DNA of 30,091 nucleotides from an archaeon (GCA_043801255.1 JAZDME010000026.1:1-30091); one strand, 5' to 3'; numbered from the stretch's first letter, positions 1-9,150 are shown. Made by a program: numbers and translations. The notes: generated by a model not told the origin, from the letters alone.

Positions 1-1038
1 GTTATCAAACCCTCCAAGAAACCTTTTTTCTCATTTTCAAAACCAAAACCTAAACCGCTGCCGCAACCGAAGCCGGCTCCAATCAAAAAGTCATTTTTCG
101 CGCCAAAGCCCAAACCGATATTTGTGCCAAAGCCCAAATTACTTAATTTGGGCAGCCACGCTGCGCGTGACAAACCAAAACACTCCTTTTTTGCACAGGC
201 TCCCAAACTTTTGCCAAAGCCCGTACCGAAGCCCGTTGAAGTAAAACATGAAGTGCAGATTACTGGCAAGAGTGTTGAAGACATAAAAGAGCTTCACAAA
301 AGGCACAAGGAACTTTTAAGTTCCTTGGATGTGCACGGGAAAAATCTCGCTACTCTTGAAAAGGAGTTTGACGAGCACCGCGAAGAAGTTCTTGACGAAA
401 TCAAGGCAATCAACAAAAATCTCGGCCCGCTGTACGACAAGGATGCGAAGCTTGAGAAGGACATATGTGACCTGACGCTTGCGGGAAAGCAGCTTATTTC
501 CGAAATTGAAAAAGTTTCAAGAAAAGCAAAAGATGTCAAAGATATAGTGACTTCAGTTGAATCAGCATACAGCACAGATAACATGAAGAAAATCATTGAC
601 CAGATAAACGAAGTTAACGGCTCAATAAGGGCAATTCAAAGCAAAGACGAGAGCGCGGTAAATGTGCTTCAGCGCGTTGATCGCCGCATAGGCGCTGTTG
701 AAAAACACTCGCAGCTTATGGATGCGGAGCGCGCGGAAATGAAAGCATCTGCAGACGCGTTAGTGCAGTACGCTTCCGAATTAAAGGAAACCGTCGGAGG
801 TTATTCCAACCAGCTTGTGGACCTGTCAAGCAAGGCGTCAGCAAACATTTCAAAAACATCAGACATTGACCAGCAGCTGCGCAGCGCCATGGGCAGGGTC
901 GGGGCAATCGAGGGGCAGCTTATCGCTGCCGAAAAGCTTTCGGAAATAATGCAGCAGCACTCAAGAATAATAACCGAAATTGCAAAGCGCCTCGAGTATC
1001 TGGAAAAAAGCACAGTCAGGACGATGGTGCTGGACTAG
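1..1038 (+). CDS. Hypothetical protein, 5'-truncated; Pro/Lys-rich low-complexity N-region followed by long coiled coil
   Basis: Frame of the 124..1038 ORF is open back to base 1 (VIKPSKKPFFSFSKPKPKPLPQPKPAPIKKSFFAPKPKP...), so the GTG at 124 is probably internal; heptad-like helical C-terminal two thirds. Confidence 0.7.
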   Translation, partial: VIKPSKKPFFSFSKPKPKPLPQPKPAPIKKSFFAPKPKPIFVPKPKLLNLGSHAARDKPKHSFFAQAPKLLPKPVPKPVEVKHEVQITGKSVEDIKELHKRHKELLSSLDVHGKNLATLEKEFDEHREEVLDEIKAINKNLGPLYDKDAKLEKDICDLTLAGKQLISEIEKVSRKAKDVKDIVTSVESAYSTDNMKKIIDQINEVNGSIRAIQSKDESAVNVLQRVDRRIGAVEKHSQLMDAERAEMKASADALVQYASELKETVGGYSNQLVDLSSKASANISKTSDIDQQLRSAMGRVGAIEGQLIAAEKLSEIMQQHSRIITEIAKRLEYLEKSTVRTMVLD

Positions 1039-1182
1039 GCAATTGAATACTTCAGATAATTTTGAGAAGGGATATTGTTATTGATTGTGAGCAGCAAAAG
1101 TCATTGGCTTGCAGAATAAGAAAACTTTTTGCGAAGCTTGAAATTGGGAGATTGCCCAGTTCGTCGTCGCAAGTCGTCAGTC
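1018..1182 (+). repeat. Palindromic repeat family copy 1, between convergent genes
   Basis: Left arm ACGATGGTGCTGGACTAGGCAAT overlaps the upstream stop; core ATTGATTGTGAGCAGCAAAA; right arm ATTGCCCAGTTCGTCGTCGCAAGTCGTCAG. Ends approximate. Confidence 0.75.
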
Positions 1183-2811
1183 TTAGTACCCCATGTCCTC
1201 GCCCTGGGGCATCATTCCCGGCCCGCCTTGCTGCGGGCCCTTGTTTAGTTTGCCTGCTGAAATAACGTCATCAATTCTTAACAGCATGATTGCAGTTTCT
1301 GATGCTGATGCTATTGCCTGCGTTTTTATTTTCAGCGGCTCTATAACGCCTTTGAGCCACATGTCATCTGCTTTTCCGGTGTATACATTCAGGCCCGCGT
1401 GTACGACGCCTTTGTCGTGCTGGGATTTCAGTTCCGTAAGAGCGTCAATCGGGTCGATTCCGGCATTTTCAGCCAGCGTCCGCGGAATAACTTCCAGGCT
1501 GTCTGCAAATGCCATTACCGCAAGCTGCTCGCGCCCGCTTAATTTATCGGCATAGCTTCTGAGCCTTTTCGCAAGCTCAATTTCAATAGCGCCGCCGCCG
1601 GCAACACACTTGCCAAAAGTTATGGTCGCAGCCAAATCTCCCACAGCGTCTGTCATAGCTCTCTCTACTTCGGCAACCACATGCTCAGTACCGCCGCGCA
1701 GAATTATTGAAACTGCCTTCGGGTTTTTGCACTTTTCAATGAAAGTGAAGCTTTCCTTGTGAATCTTTTTTTCTTCCAGCAGCCCGGCGAATCCCAGGTC
1801 AGTTGGTTTCAAGTCATCAAGATTTGATATTATTTTTGCGCCAGTGGCTTTTGCAAGCGCACTGATGTCTGACTGCTTTACTCTGCGGACAGCGTAAATT
1901 CCCTTTTTGGCAAGAAAGTGCTGTGCCAGGTCATCAATACCTTTCTGGCATATCACAACGTTGGCGCCGGAAGCAATAACTTTGTCAGTCATATCCCGGA
2001 GCATTTTTTCCTCTACTGCAAGAAATGACTGCATCTGCTGAGGGTCTGTAATCTGGATTTTTGCCTCGGTTTCAGTTTCCTTTATTTCCAGGGCGATGTC
2101 CAGCAGCGCTATTTTCGCATCTTTAACAATAGTAGGCATATCACTATGCACTCTTTCTTTGTCAATAACTATGCCGTCAACAAGAATCGAGTCATCAATT
2201 CCCCCGCCTTCCTTTTTTTCTATCTTTATGTTGTCAAGGTCAACTTTTGTCCCGTCCATTACCCGAAGGACAGCGTCAACAGCGATATTTGCTAAATTAT
2301 CCCGGGCAATCTCAACATTTTTTCCGGTCATTGCGGTTGTTGCAACTTTAATTAGCGAGTCTCTGTCTTTTGAAGAAATGTCCTTGCTGAGCTCGCGCAA
2401 AATTAATTGAGCTTTTTCAGCAGCATCTTTGTACCCGCGGGCTATTACGGTAGGATGTATGTTTTTGTCCAGAAGCGTTTCAGCATTTTTCAATAATTCG
2501 CCTGCTAAAATTACCGCAGTAGTAGTGCCGTCTCCAACTTCGTCTTCCTGCACCTTAGCGATTTCAACCATCATCTTGGCTGCAGGATGCTCAATATCCA
2601 TTTCACCAAGTATCGTAACTCCATCATTCGAGATAATAACATCGCCCATCGAGTCGACGAGCATCTTGTCCATGCCTTTCGGGCCCAGTGTTGTCCTTAC
2701 AGTATCTGCAACAGCCTTTGCTGCAGCAATGTTTGCTTTCTGCGCTGATTTGCCTGTGTTGCGCATGGCGCCCTCAGGCAGTATAAAAATTGGCTGCACT
2801 TGATTAGTCAT
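1183..2811 (-). CDS. thsA: Thermosome subunit (group II chaperonin)
   Basis: [38 protein letters not shown] motifs; Gly/Met-rich tail; GGTGA RBS upstream. Confidence 0.97.
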   Translation of the reverse strand: MTNQVQPIFILPEGAMRNTGKSAQKANIAAAKAVADTVRTTLGPKGMDKMLVDSMGDVIISNDGVTILGEMDIEHPAAKMMVEIAKVQEDEVGDGTTTAVILAGELLKNAETLLDKNIHPTVIARGYKDAAEKAQLILRELSKDISSKDRDSLIKVATTAMTGKNVEIARDNLANIAVDAVLRVMDGTKVDLDNIKIEKKEGGGIDDSILVDGIVIDKERVHSDMPTIVKDAKIALLDIALEIKETETEAKIQITDPQQMQSFLAVEEKMLRDMTDKVIASGANVVICQKGIDDLAQHFLAKKGIYAVRRVKQSDISALAKATGAKIISNLDDLKPTDLGFAGLLEEKKIHKESFTFIEKCKNPKAVSIILRGGTEHVVAEVERAMTDAVGDLAATITFGKCVAGGGAIEIELAKRLRSYADKLSGREQLAVMAFADSLEVIPRTLAENAGIDPIDALTELKSQHDKGVVHAGLNVYTGKADDMWLKGVIEPLKIKTQAIASASETAIMLLRIDDVISAGKLNKGPQQGGPGMMPQGEDMGY

Positions 2812-2881
2812 TTAAATCACCACAAATCAGCCTAACCTTAGTTTTAAAAGAATTATTGTATTGCAAAGTATTGCTGGTGCA

Positions 2882-3000
2882 GACTGCCAAGACGACGACT
2901 ACGGATATTCCATTGTATTTAAGCTTCGCAGCAATTCCAAGCGGGAACTTTTTGTGCTCCCTTAACTCATGACCTTTGCCCTAGTTCGTCGTATAGCCAT
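2882..3000 (-). repeat. Palindromic repeat family copy 2 (reverse orientation)
   Basis: Minus strand reads ACGACGAACTAGGGCAAAGG...GGGAGCACAAAAA...GCGAAGCTTAAATACAATGG...GTAGTCGTCGTC. Confidence 0.8.
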
Positions 3001-3016
3001 CAAAATCAGAAATTGC

Positions 3017-3262
3017 CTAGTAAAGCCCCTTCATTTCCTTGCGCATGTCAGCCAATATCACCGCAATAACAATTACGAGTATGCTTATAAAAGCCATGAA
3101 AAAAGTTGACAGCGCCTGCCATGTTATCAGCGACTGCACCTGAAAGCTGATTGCGCGCTCAAGAAGCCACATAGTCACAATAGTCCATACCGCAAGCACA
3201 ATAACGAGTATGGCTTCAACAGAATCGGGTTTTGAAGACTTGATGTCTTTTATCAGCGACAT
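3017..3262 (-). CDS. Small membrane protein with two predicted TM helices
   Basis: 81-aa ORF with two hydrophobic stretches; fills the gap between repeat copy 2 and a divergent gene. Confidence 0.65.
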   Translation of the reverse strand: MSLIKDIKSSKPDSVEAILVIVLAVWTIVTMWLLERAISFQVQSLITWQALSTFFMAFISILVIVIAVILADMRKEMKGLY

Positions 3263-3322
3263 GGCTTTAATTCCATACAGCGCAATAAAAAGCTTTTTAT
3301 TCAGCCAATTAAAAATAACAGC

Positions 3323-3824
3323 ATGGCCAACAAGCTGACCCTTCTCGACGGCGAGAAAATAACATATGATAGTGTGTTCGACCTGAAGGAATTATACAAG
3401 CATCTTTACGAATGGCTCACCTGGCGCAAGTATGACATTTCCGAAAAAAAAATACAAGGAAAAAGTAAAGCCGACAGGCAAGGACATGGAAATCCAGTGG
3501 GAAGCCAATAAGGACATTGATGAATATGCTTCCTTCAGGATAGAGATGAAAGCCCAGCTCCTCGGCATAAACGAAGTCGAAGTCCAGAAGGACGGCGCCA
3601 AAGTTAAAATGCAGAAGGGCGAGATTAGCATAAGTGTCTCGGCACATCTTATTACAAACAGGCTGGAGGCATGGGAGGCAAAGCCCGGACTCTCATTCCT
3701 GCAGAAATTTTATGAGAAATTCCTTTACAAAAGCTCGATTGAAAGAATGAAGGCAGAGTTATGGAAGACCGGCTGGGATTTCTATAACGAAGCAAAAGCG
3801 TTCCTGAATCTGTACAGGTTCTAG
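3323..3824 (+). pseudogene. Conserved hypothetical protein split by a +1 frameshift in an A9 run
   Basis: ORFs 3323..3511 and 3432..3824 join into one ~166-aa protein (...KYDISEKK-YKEKVKPTGKDMEIQW...) if the A run at 3444-3452 is A8. Resembles, from memory, a hypothetical family common in DPANN genomes. Confidence 0.7.
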
Positions 3825-4038
3825 ACGACTGCCTTTGGCGAATTGAATATTTCTGATAATTTTGAGAAGGGCAAAGCTCATTGATTAGGGGCAGCAAAAG
3901 CAATTCCCATGATTTTTGGCAAGCAGAACCGCAGCCTAAAAACAAAGAGATAACATCAAGTCTATAGACTTGATGGAATGGAAAATTGCCTAGCAATTTT
4001 TCATATCCTTAGTCGTAGTAGTCGTTAGTCGTCGTCAG
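3822..4038 (+). repeat. Palindromic repeat family copy 3 (long), between convergent genes
   Basis: Shares AATTGAATA..TTC.GATAATTTTGAGAAGGG and ATTGATT..GCAGCAAAAG with copy 1; right arm AGTCGTAGTAGTCGTTAGTCGTCGTCAG. Confidence 0.8.
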
Positions 4039-4042
4039 AGTC

Positions 4043-5446
4043 TTAGTGTCCCTTTTCTTTATCCTTTTTTTCTGCACGAGTATGTTCGATTTTTGACCTG
4101 GTTTCAAAGACGACTTTGTCAACAAGGTCGCGCTCCCAGCCGGCTTTCAGCAACTCGCGCTCTATTTCCCTCTCAGTAAAGCCCTTGCCAAGGTGCTCTT
4201 TGATATATTCTTCAAGATGCGCCTTGTCAGGACCAAGGTTCTGCACCACGTGCTCTGTGCCTTGTTTTTTCCCAGACCTGTGCTCCCCGTGCCTGCCGAT
4301 GGCTGCAAAAGAAATCACAAAAGCAGCAATTATGGCAATCGTTACAAAAATCGCGAGTGTCGGCGGCAGAAACTTTACAGAGACAGCACAGTCGAGAATG
4401 CAGCTCCTTACGCTCTCGCCAGGTTCGCACACACCGTTGCCGCATCTTGGAACAAAAGTGCACTTGTCATCTACGCAGCTTTCGTTTGCATTGACGCAGC
4501 CCGCATCTGCGCAGCAGTTTTTTGATGTTTCCCCTACTTCAAGAACGCCGTTGCCGCACACTGCAGATGCCGCAACAGGCACAGCCCCCGCAGCAACAGC
4601 AGCAACTGGCTGCGCAGGCAGCTCTTCCGCAGAAATCGCAAACAGCGACATCCCATAACCTTCTGCAGACATCGCATAATAACCGTAATTCGAATCGCCA
4701 GACGTCAGGTTTGTGGGCAGGGCTTTCCATGAGCCGCCCCTGTAGCGGTTTAATTTTACAGAGCTTTCGCTCAAATTGTTAACTGTAAACCACGTTTTCG
4801 GAACTTTAAAAACGTGCTGCGCGGTGAAATAAGCAAGCTGGGTTGCGTTTTGCGTGCCTATTATATAATACTGGTATACATATCTTGCAGGCGCGCCGAT
4901 TCCTGGCGTTTTTGTCGCATTTGTATCGATATATAATTTAACATTCTCCAGCTTGGCAGAACTTTTAACAGTAATGCTTGACAACGCAAGCTGCCCGTAG
5001 TTTGATATCAACACTGCGGTTTCGTTAACTTTAAGCACGTCATAGGAAAATGCCTGCCGGTATAATGTTGTGCTGATTCTGGACTCGCTTGACGGGCAGT
5101 TGCAGCTCGCATCGCAATGGCCTGGGCATGCCATGTCCCATATGCCATCACAATCCTCGCCCCAGTCCAAAGCATTATTTCCGCAGCGGCTGCAGACGCA
5201 GTCACTTCTGCATCTTCCCGGGCACGTGTCATTGAGCGTAGGCTCGCATTCCTCGCCGTTGCTTGGTTCAATTACGCCATTGCCGCACTTTGTTATGTCG
5301 TATGCCATGCCTGTAGGCACAGCAAATTGCGCATTAAGAAAAACAATCGCCAGCGCCAGGGCGAATATCAGGGCTATGAAAGCAACTATTCTTGAGCGGG
5401 CTTTGTATTCGCGATGTTTGATTTTATGCGTCTGTGGCCTTTGCAT
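4043..5446 (-). CDS. PGF-pre-PGF-like domain surface protein with Cys-rich CGNG repeats
   Basis: N-terminal hydrophobic helix, CGNG..GE.C repeats on both sides of FKVPKTWF...VKLNRYRGGSWKALPT...YYAMSAEGYGMSLFAI (matches remembered PGF-pre-PGF consensus), C-terminal TM helix and short cytoplasmic domain. Confidence 0.75.
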   Translation of the reverse strand: MQRPQTHKIKHREYKARSRIVAFIALIFALALAIVFLNAQFAVPTGMAYDITKCGNGVIEPSNGEECEPTLNDTCPGRCRSDCVCSRCGNNALDWGEDCDGIWDMACPGHCDASCNCPSSESRISTTLYRQAFSYDVLKVNETAVLISNYGQLALSSITVKSSAKLENVKLYIDTNATKTPGIGAPARYVYQYYIIGTQNATQLAYFTAQHVFKVPKTWFTVNNLSESSVKLNRYRGGSWKALPTNLTSGDSNYGYYAMSAEGYGMSLFAISAEELPAQPVAAVAAGAVPVAASAVCGNGVLEVGETSKNCCADAGCVNANESCVDDKCTFVPRCGNGVCEPGESVRSCILDCAVSVKFLPPTLAIFVTIAIIAAFVISFAAIGRHGEHRSGKKQGTEHVVQNLGPDKAHLEEYIKEHLGKGFTEREIERELLKAGWERDLVDKVVFETRSKIEHTRAEKKDKEKGH

Positions 5447-5500
5447 TTTATGAAAAAATGCTTAATGCATTTTTACATTAAAGCTCGGTGAGCTTTGTTA

Positions 5501-5671
5501 TGGGCCCTGACGGAATTGAACCGTCGACCTTCTCCCTGTGAAGGAGATGTCATACCATTGTCTGCGCATGGTGCATCGAGCGCAGCGAAGATGCGCCGCG
5601 TCTTTCTTTGGATGCCCAGGAGCCTTTCTTTCTGTGATGAAAGAAAGGCTGCTGCACTAGACCAAGAGCCC
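5501..5671 (-). tRNA. tRNA-Val(CAC) with 99-nt non-canonical intron at 15/16 (exons 5671-5657 and 5557-5501)
   Basis: Spliced exons give GGGCTCTTGGTCTAGTGGTATGACATCTCCTTCACAGGGAGAAGGTCGACGGTTCAATTCCGTCAGGGCCCA (72 nt) with all four stems; central helix GTCT/AGAC with 3-nt bulges AG^T and AA^T; CCA not encoded. Confidence 0.92.
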
Positions 5672-5713
5672 TTAGCTATCTTTTTATATTTGAAATTTAA
5701 AAGGATTCTTATC

Positions 5714-6976
5714 ATGGAATTAAATGGTGTCCTTAAGAATGCCGCGAAACTTGTAACACCTTCAAAAGCAGAGGAATCAGAAACCAACAAGATTGCGGAA
5801 GAAGTTATTGAAAAGGTAAATGCCTGCGCAGTTTCGCAGAAGATAAAAGCTGCGCTTCAGGCAGGCGGTTCGGTAGCGAAAGGCACATGGCTGCCGGGAA
5901 TTTCAGACATTGATTTTTTCCTGGTTTTTGACTATGACACGTTTTCAGAAAGGTCCGCAGAATTGTCAAACTATGCAGAGCGGATTTTGCGCAAGTCTTT
6001 CCGGGTCACGAGGCTGCACGGCTCACGCGATTACTTCTCGGCAAAGCACCGCAAGTACGCCCTTGAAATTGTGCCGGTTCTCGATATCAGCCACGGGGAA
6101 AAAGCAAGAAACACGACTGACTACTCTGTTCTTCACGTGCGCTGGCTTGCAAAGCAGATAAAAAAGAATCCGAAATTAAAGACCGAAATAAGGCTTGCAA
6201 AGCAGTTCTTCAAAGCCGCAGGCGTGTACGGGGCGGAATCTTACATCCGCGGTTTCAGCGGGCATGTTTTGGAGATTTTAGTTGTATATTACGGGAGTTT
6301 CACGAAGCTTGCAAAAAGCATCCTAAAGTGGAAATATCAGGAGACAATTGACATCAGGAGCTATTATAAAAATTCCAGGGATATTTTTGAAAAGCTGAAC
6401 AAGTCAAAACTCCAGAGCGCTATCATTCTTGTGGACCCTATAGAAAAAGAAAGGAATGCTGCAGCGGCTTTTGACCATGAGAGTTTCATTCTTGCAAAGG
6501 AAGCCTGCCACGAGTTTTTTGATAAACCCTCGCCGGAGTTTTTCAAGGAAAAAAAGTTTTCAGTTGAAGAGCTGAAAAAAAAGAAAAAGGAGCTCAAGCT
6601 GATTGTTGTTGACGCAGCCCGAGTTAGCGGCAAGCCGGATGTTATCGGTGCGGCGTTAAGAAAGAAATTCGAGCAGCTGCACAGCACATTTTTTGCTGAT
6701 GACTTTGTGGTGCAGGACAGCGGAAAACTGATAGAGAATAACTCTGGAAAATTCTGGTTTTATTTTGAACCAAACGCGTTGCCAGCAAAAAAACTGCATA
6801 TTGGGCCGCCCGTAAAATTTGCGGAAAATGCCCGCGCGTTCAGGAAAAAATGGAAGTCTGCCAAAGTAAAAGACGGGCGCCTGATGGTCGAGATAAAAAG
6901 GAAGTACGTGAAGCCGGAGCAATTGCTGAAAGATGTCATAAAGAAAGACAAGTCGCTAAGCTTCAGGGTTTACTGA
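5714..6976 (+). CDS. cca: Archaeal class I CCA-adding enzyme
   Basis: GGSVAKGTWLPGISDIDFF nucleotidyltransferase motif, GVYGAESYIRGFSG, LVDPIEKERNAAAA. Start moved to ATG 5714 because the listed 5495 start runs antisense through the tRNA. Confidence 0.95.
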   Translation: MELNGVLKNAAKLVTPSKAEESETNKIAEEVIEKVNACAVSQKIKAALQAGGSVAKGTWLPGISDIDFFLVFDYDTFSERSAELSNYAERILRKSFRVTRLHGSRDYFSAKHRKYALEIVPVLDISHGEKARNTTDYSVLHVRWLAKQIKKNPKLKTEIRLAKQFFKAAGVYGAESYIRGFSGHVLEILVVYYGSFTKLAKSILKWKYQETIDIRSYYKNSRDIFEKLNKSKLQSAIILVDPIEKERNAAAAFDHESFILAKEACHEFFDKPSPEFFKEKKFSVEELKKKKKELKLIVVDAARVSGKPDVIGAALRKKFEQLHSTFFADDFVVQDSGKLIENNSGKFWFYFEPNALPAKKLHIGPPVKFAENARAFRKKWKSAKVKDGRLMVEIKRKYVKPEQLLKDVIKKDKSLSFRVY

Positions 6977-6977
6977 A

Positions 6978-7469
6978 ATGTTTGACTCTCAAATAGCAAA
7001 CTGGATTCAAGGCGCCAGAGCGCCAGCATTAGATAGCTCTTTTGCGGTGGTCAGCTTTTCAATATATTTGCTTATTATGGCAGTTCTTGCATTTTATATT
7101 TACAAAAAGAAAACCCGCGAGTTTCTTGAAATATTCATGGGACTTGTAATTGTTTCCATTCTGACAGAGCTGATAAAAATGCTGGTTTTAAGGCCGAGGC
7201 CAGACCTGTCAAATAATTTTTCGTTTGTATCAAGTCATGCAGCACTCGCATTTTTTCTTGCTGCGTTCCTGCCCGTAAAAAGAGAATGGAAAATCGCCTT
7301 GTATGTATGGGCTGTGCTAGTCGCTTTTAGCAGGATCTGGCTGAATTTGCACTGGTTAAGCGATGTTATTTTCGGCGCAGGCACGGGAATTGCCACAGCG
7401 TTTCTGATAAGGTCAAAGTGGTTTCAAAAATATCTGGAAAAATTAAAAAAAAGTAGCCGGATTTTCTGA
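6978..7469 (+). CDS. PAP2-family membrane phosphatase
   Basis: K...RPRP, SSHA and SRIWLNLHWLSD motifs in a multi-TM protein. Confidence 0.88.
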   Translation: MFDSQIANWIQGARAPALDSSFAVVSFSIYLLIMAVLAFYIYKKKTREFLEIFMGLVIVSILTELIKMLVLRPRPDLSNNFSFVSSHAALAFFLAAFLPVKREWKIALYVWAVLVAFSRIWLNLHWLSDVIFGAGTGIATAFLIRSKWFQKYLEKLKKSSRIF

Positions 7470-7470
7470 A

Positions 7471-7608
7471 CTGACGCAGAGTTCTACGACTACTAACTAC
7501 GAGGGAAAAGTCTCTTGATTGGAAGCAGCAAAAACTATCTTGTTGTGAAAAGTAATTGCGAAGCCCAATAATTGAGACTTTACATTAGTCGTCGTTCGTC
7601 GTCAGTCG
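7471..7608 (+). repeat. Palindromic repeat family copy 4, between convergent genes
   Basis: CTGACG..CTACGACTACTAACTACGAGGG, core TTGATTGGAAGCAGCAAAAACTATCTTG, right arm TAGTCGTCGTTCGTCGTCAG. Confidence 0.8.
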
Positions 7609-7616
7609 ATAAGTCA

Positions 7617-8861
7617 TCAAAGCATGTCAGGGGTTAATATCTTCATATTTCTGCTTCTTCCAATTGCGCTGTGCGCTACGACGTATTTGACACCCTTGTT
7701 TTCAGCAATTGTCATAAGTTTTGGTTCAAGAATGCCGTCCATTACAATTGCAAAAACTCCGTCAGGTATGTTCTGCAAAGTGTCTTCAAGCTCTTTAACC
7801 GGAACGCGCCCGAGTATGTTAAGGGCTTCGTCAAGCACGAACGCCCCGCGGGTGCCTAACAACTCCTCAGACATGCCTTTCAGCTGTTTTTGGTTTATTG
7901 ACTTGCTGCTGCTGTAGCTGGCTGCCTGCGGCCTGCTATAACTCTGCTGCGCCGGATGGGCCGGAGCAGTAACTGCTACCTCGGCAGCTTCCATTCGCGG
8001 CTGTAATACGACTATGTCGCCGTTTTTCAACTCGCCTATCTCGCCTTTGGCCTGCTCCCATGCAATTTTCAATCTCAGGGCTTTCATTATTTCCTTTTGC
8101 GTGAGCTCTTCAACTTCCTTTCCGTCTGGAGCGCGCGCAACGAAATCCAGGTCAGTAAGTCCGGCAAGATTTTTTATAATCAAATCCCCGCCGCGGTCCC
8201 CATCACTGAACAAAGTTGTTATTTTGCGCTTTGTCAGCTCGATTATTGTATCAGTTGCCTTTGCACCTTTCAGCGCAACTACGTTTCTGATTCCGTAGCG
8301 GAGCAGATTTACCACGTCCGCGCGCCCTTCAACAATAATTACTTCCTCAGACTCCTCGACTGCAGGTCCAGCAGGCAAGCGGTCTTTTCCGTACTCGCAG
8401 ACTTCCATTGTCCTGACATTCTCTGTCAGCAAATTAGTGAAAGCCTGGCTGTCCGGCAGGTCTGTTACCAGCTTCGTTAATAACTCTCGGGCTCTTTCAA
8501 GCACGAAGTTTCGTTTAGAAATTCTGACATCTTCAATTCCAGTTATTCTTATTTTTGCGTCACACGGGCCTACTCGCTCGATAGTTTCAAGAGCAGCAGC
8601 AATTATTGCTGTCTCAGCTTTTCCCATAGAGCTTGGCAATAGAATTTCTCCTACTGTCTTTCCGCCCCGGTTCTCAAGCTTGACGTCAATTCTGCCAATC
8701 CTTCCGGATTTCTGCAGCTCCCGAAGCTCTAAATCCGCGCCCAAAAGGCCTTCAGTCTGCCCAAAAATAGCTCCGATTATATCTGGACGTTCTGCAACGC
8801 CAGTCAGCTCCATGCCTGCGTGTACTATATATTTTATTGATACTGGGCTAATTTTACCCAT
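7617..8861 (-). CDS. dnaG: Archaeal DnaG-like primase (TOPRIM)
   Basis: MGKISPVSIKY...DIIGAIFGQTEGLLG...ELQKSGRIGRI; TOPRIM IIVEGRADV and DGDRGG. Start at 8861 preferred over 8870 because of GGAG spacing. Confidence 0.95.
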   Translation of the reverse strand: MGKISPVSIKYIVHAGMELTGVAERPDIIGAIFGQTEGLLGADLELRELQKSGRIGRIDVKLENRGGKTVGEILLPSSMGKAETAIIAAALETIERVGPCDAKIRITGIEDVRISKRNFVLERARELLTKLVTDLPDSQAFTNLLTENVRTMEVCEYGKDRLPAGPAVEESEEVIIVEGRADVVNLLRYGIRNVVALKGAKATDTIIELTKRKITTLFSDGDRGGDLIIKNLAGLTDLDFVARAPDGKEVEELTQKEIMKALRLKIAWEQAKGEIGELKNGDIVVLQPRMEAAEVAVTAPAHPAQQSYSRPQAASYSSSKSINQKQLKGMSEELLGTRGAFVLDEALNILGRVPVKELEDTLQNIPDGVFAIVMDGILEPKLMTIAENKGVKYVVAHSAIGRSRNMKILTPDML

Positions 8862-8899
8862 GCTATTCATCTCCTTTTTTGTTAGAAATCACACTAAAG

Positions 8900-9007
8900 C
8901 TACTGTTTTTTCCTATTTCTAGCCAAATGTTTCTGCGGCTTGCAGGAACAACTGCATGAACATGAACATTGACAGTTCGCGTTTTTAGTAGTGATTTCTT
9001 TTACCAT
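8900..9007 (-). CDS. Small Cys-rich peptide MVKEITTKNANCQCSCSCSCSCKPQKHLARNRKKQ
   Basis: Hand-translated 35-codon ORF (ATG 9007, TAG 8902-8900), below the ORF-track cutoff; Ser codons TCA/TCA/AGT/TCC and Cys codons TGT/TGC are mixed. Confidence 0.55.
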   Translation of the reverse strand: MVKEITTKNANCQCSCSCSCSCKPQKHLARNRKKQ

Positions 9008-9150
9008 TATGTGTCAGAAGCGCATATACTAAAATTCAGCTATTGGGCAAAAGCCCATTATATGCCAGGGCAATCTGCCCGAGCGTGAATGTGAGTTTAA
9101 GCACCTCTTTCTGCTTTTTGCATGTTGTTTAGATTTAAAAACGTTTCTGA

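Noticed and set aside
5558-5656. Box C/D guide RNA or hammerhead ribozyme in the long tRNA introns
   Set aside because: No RTGATGA/CTGA pair and no CTGANGA core on the intron sense strand of either long intron.
5495-5713. 73-aa N-terminal extension of the CCA enzyme in the ORF track
   Set aside because: It is the antisense strand of tRNA-Val and its intron; the nucleotidyltransferase-like sequence begins at ATG 5714.
8918-8941. GCTAG hairpin module inside the Cys-rich ORF
   Set aside because: Only a 4-bp AGCC/GGCT stem plus TTTGGCTAG; too short to separate from chance.
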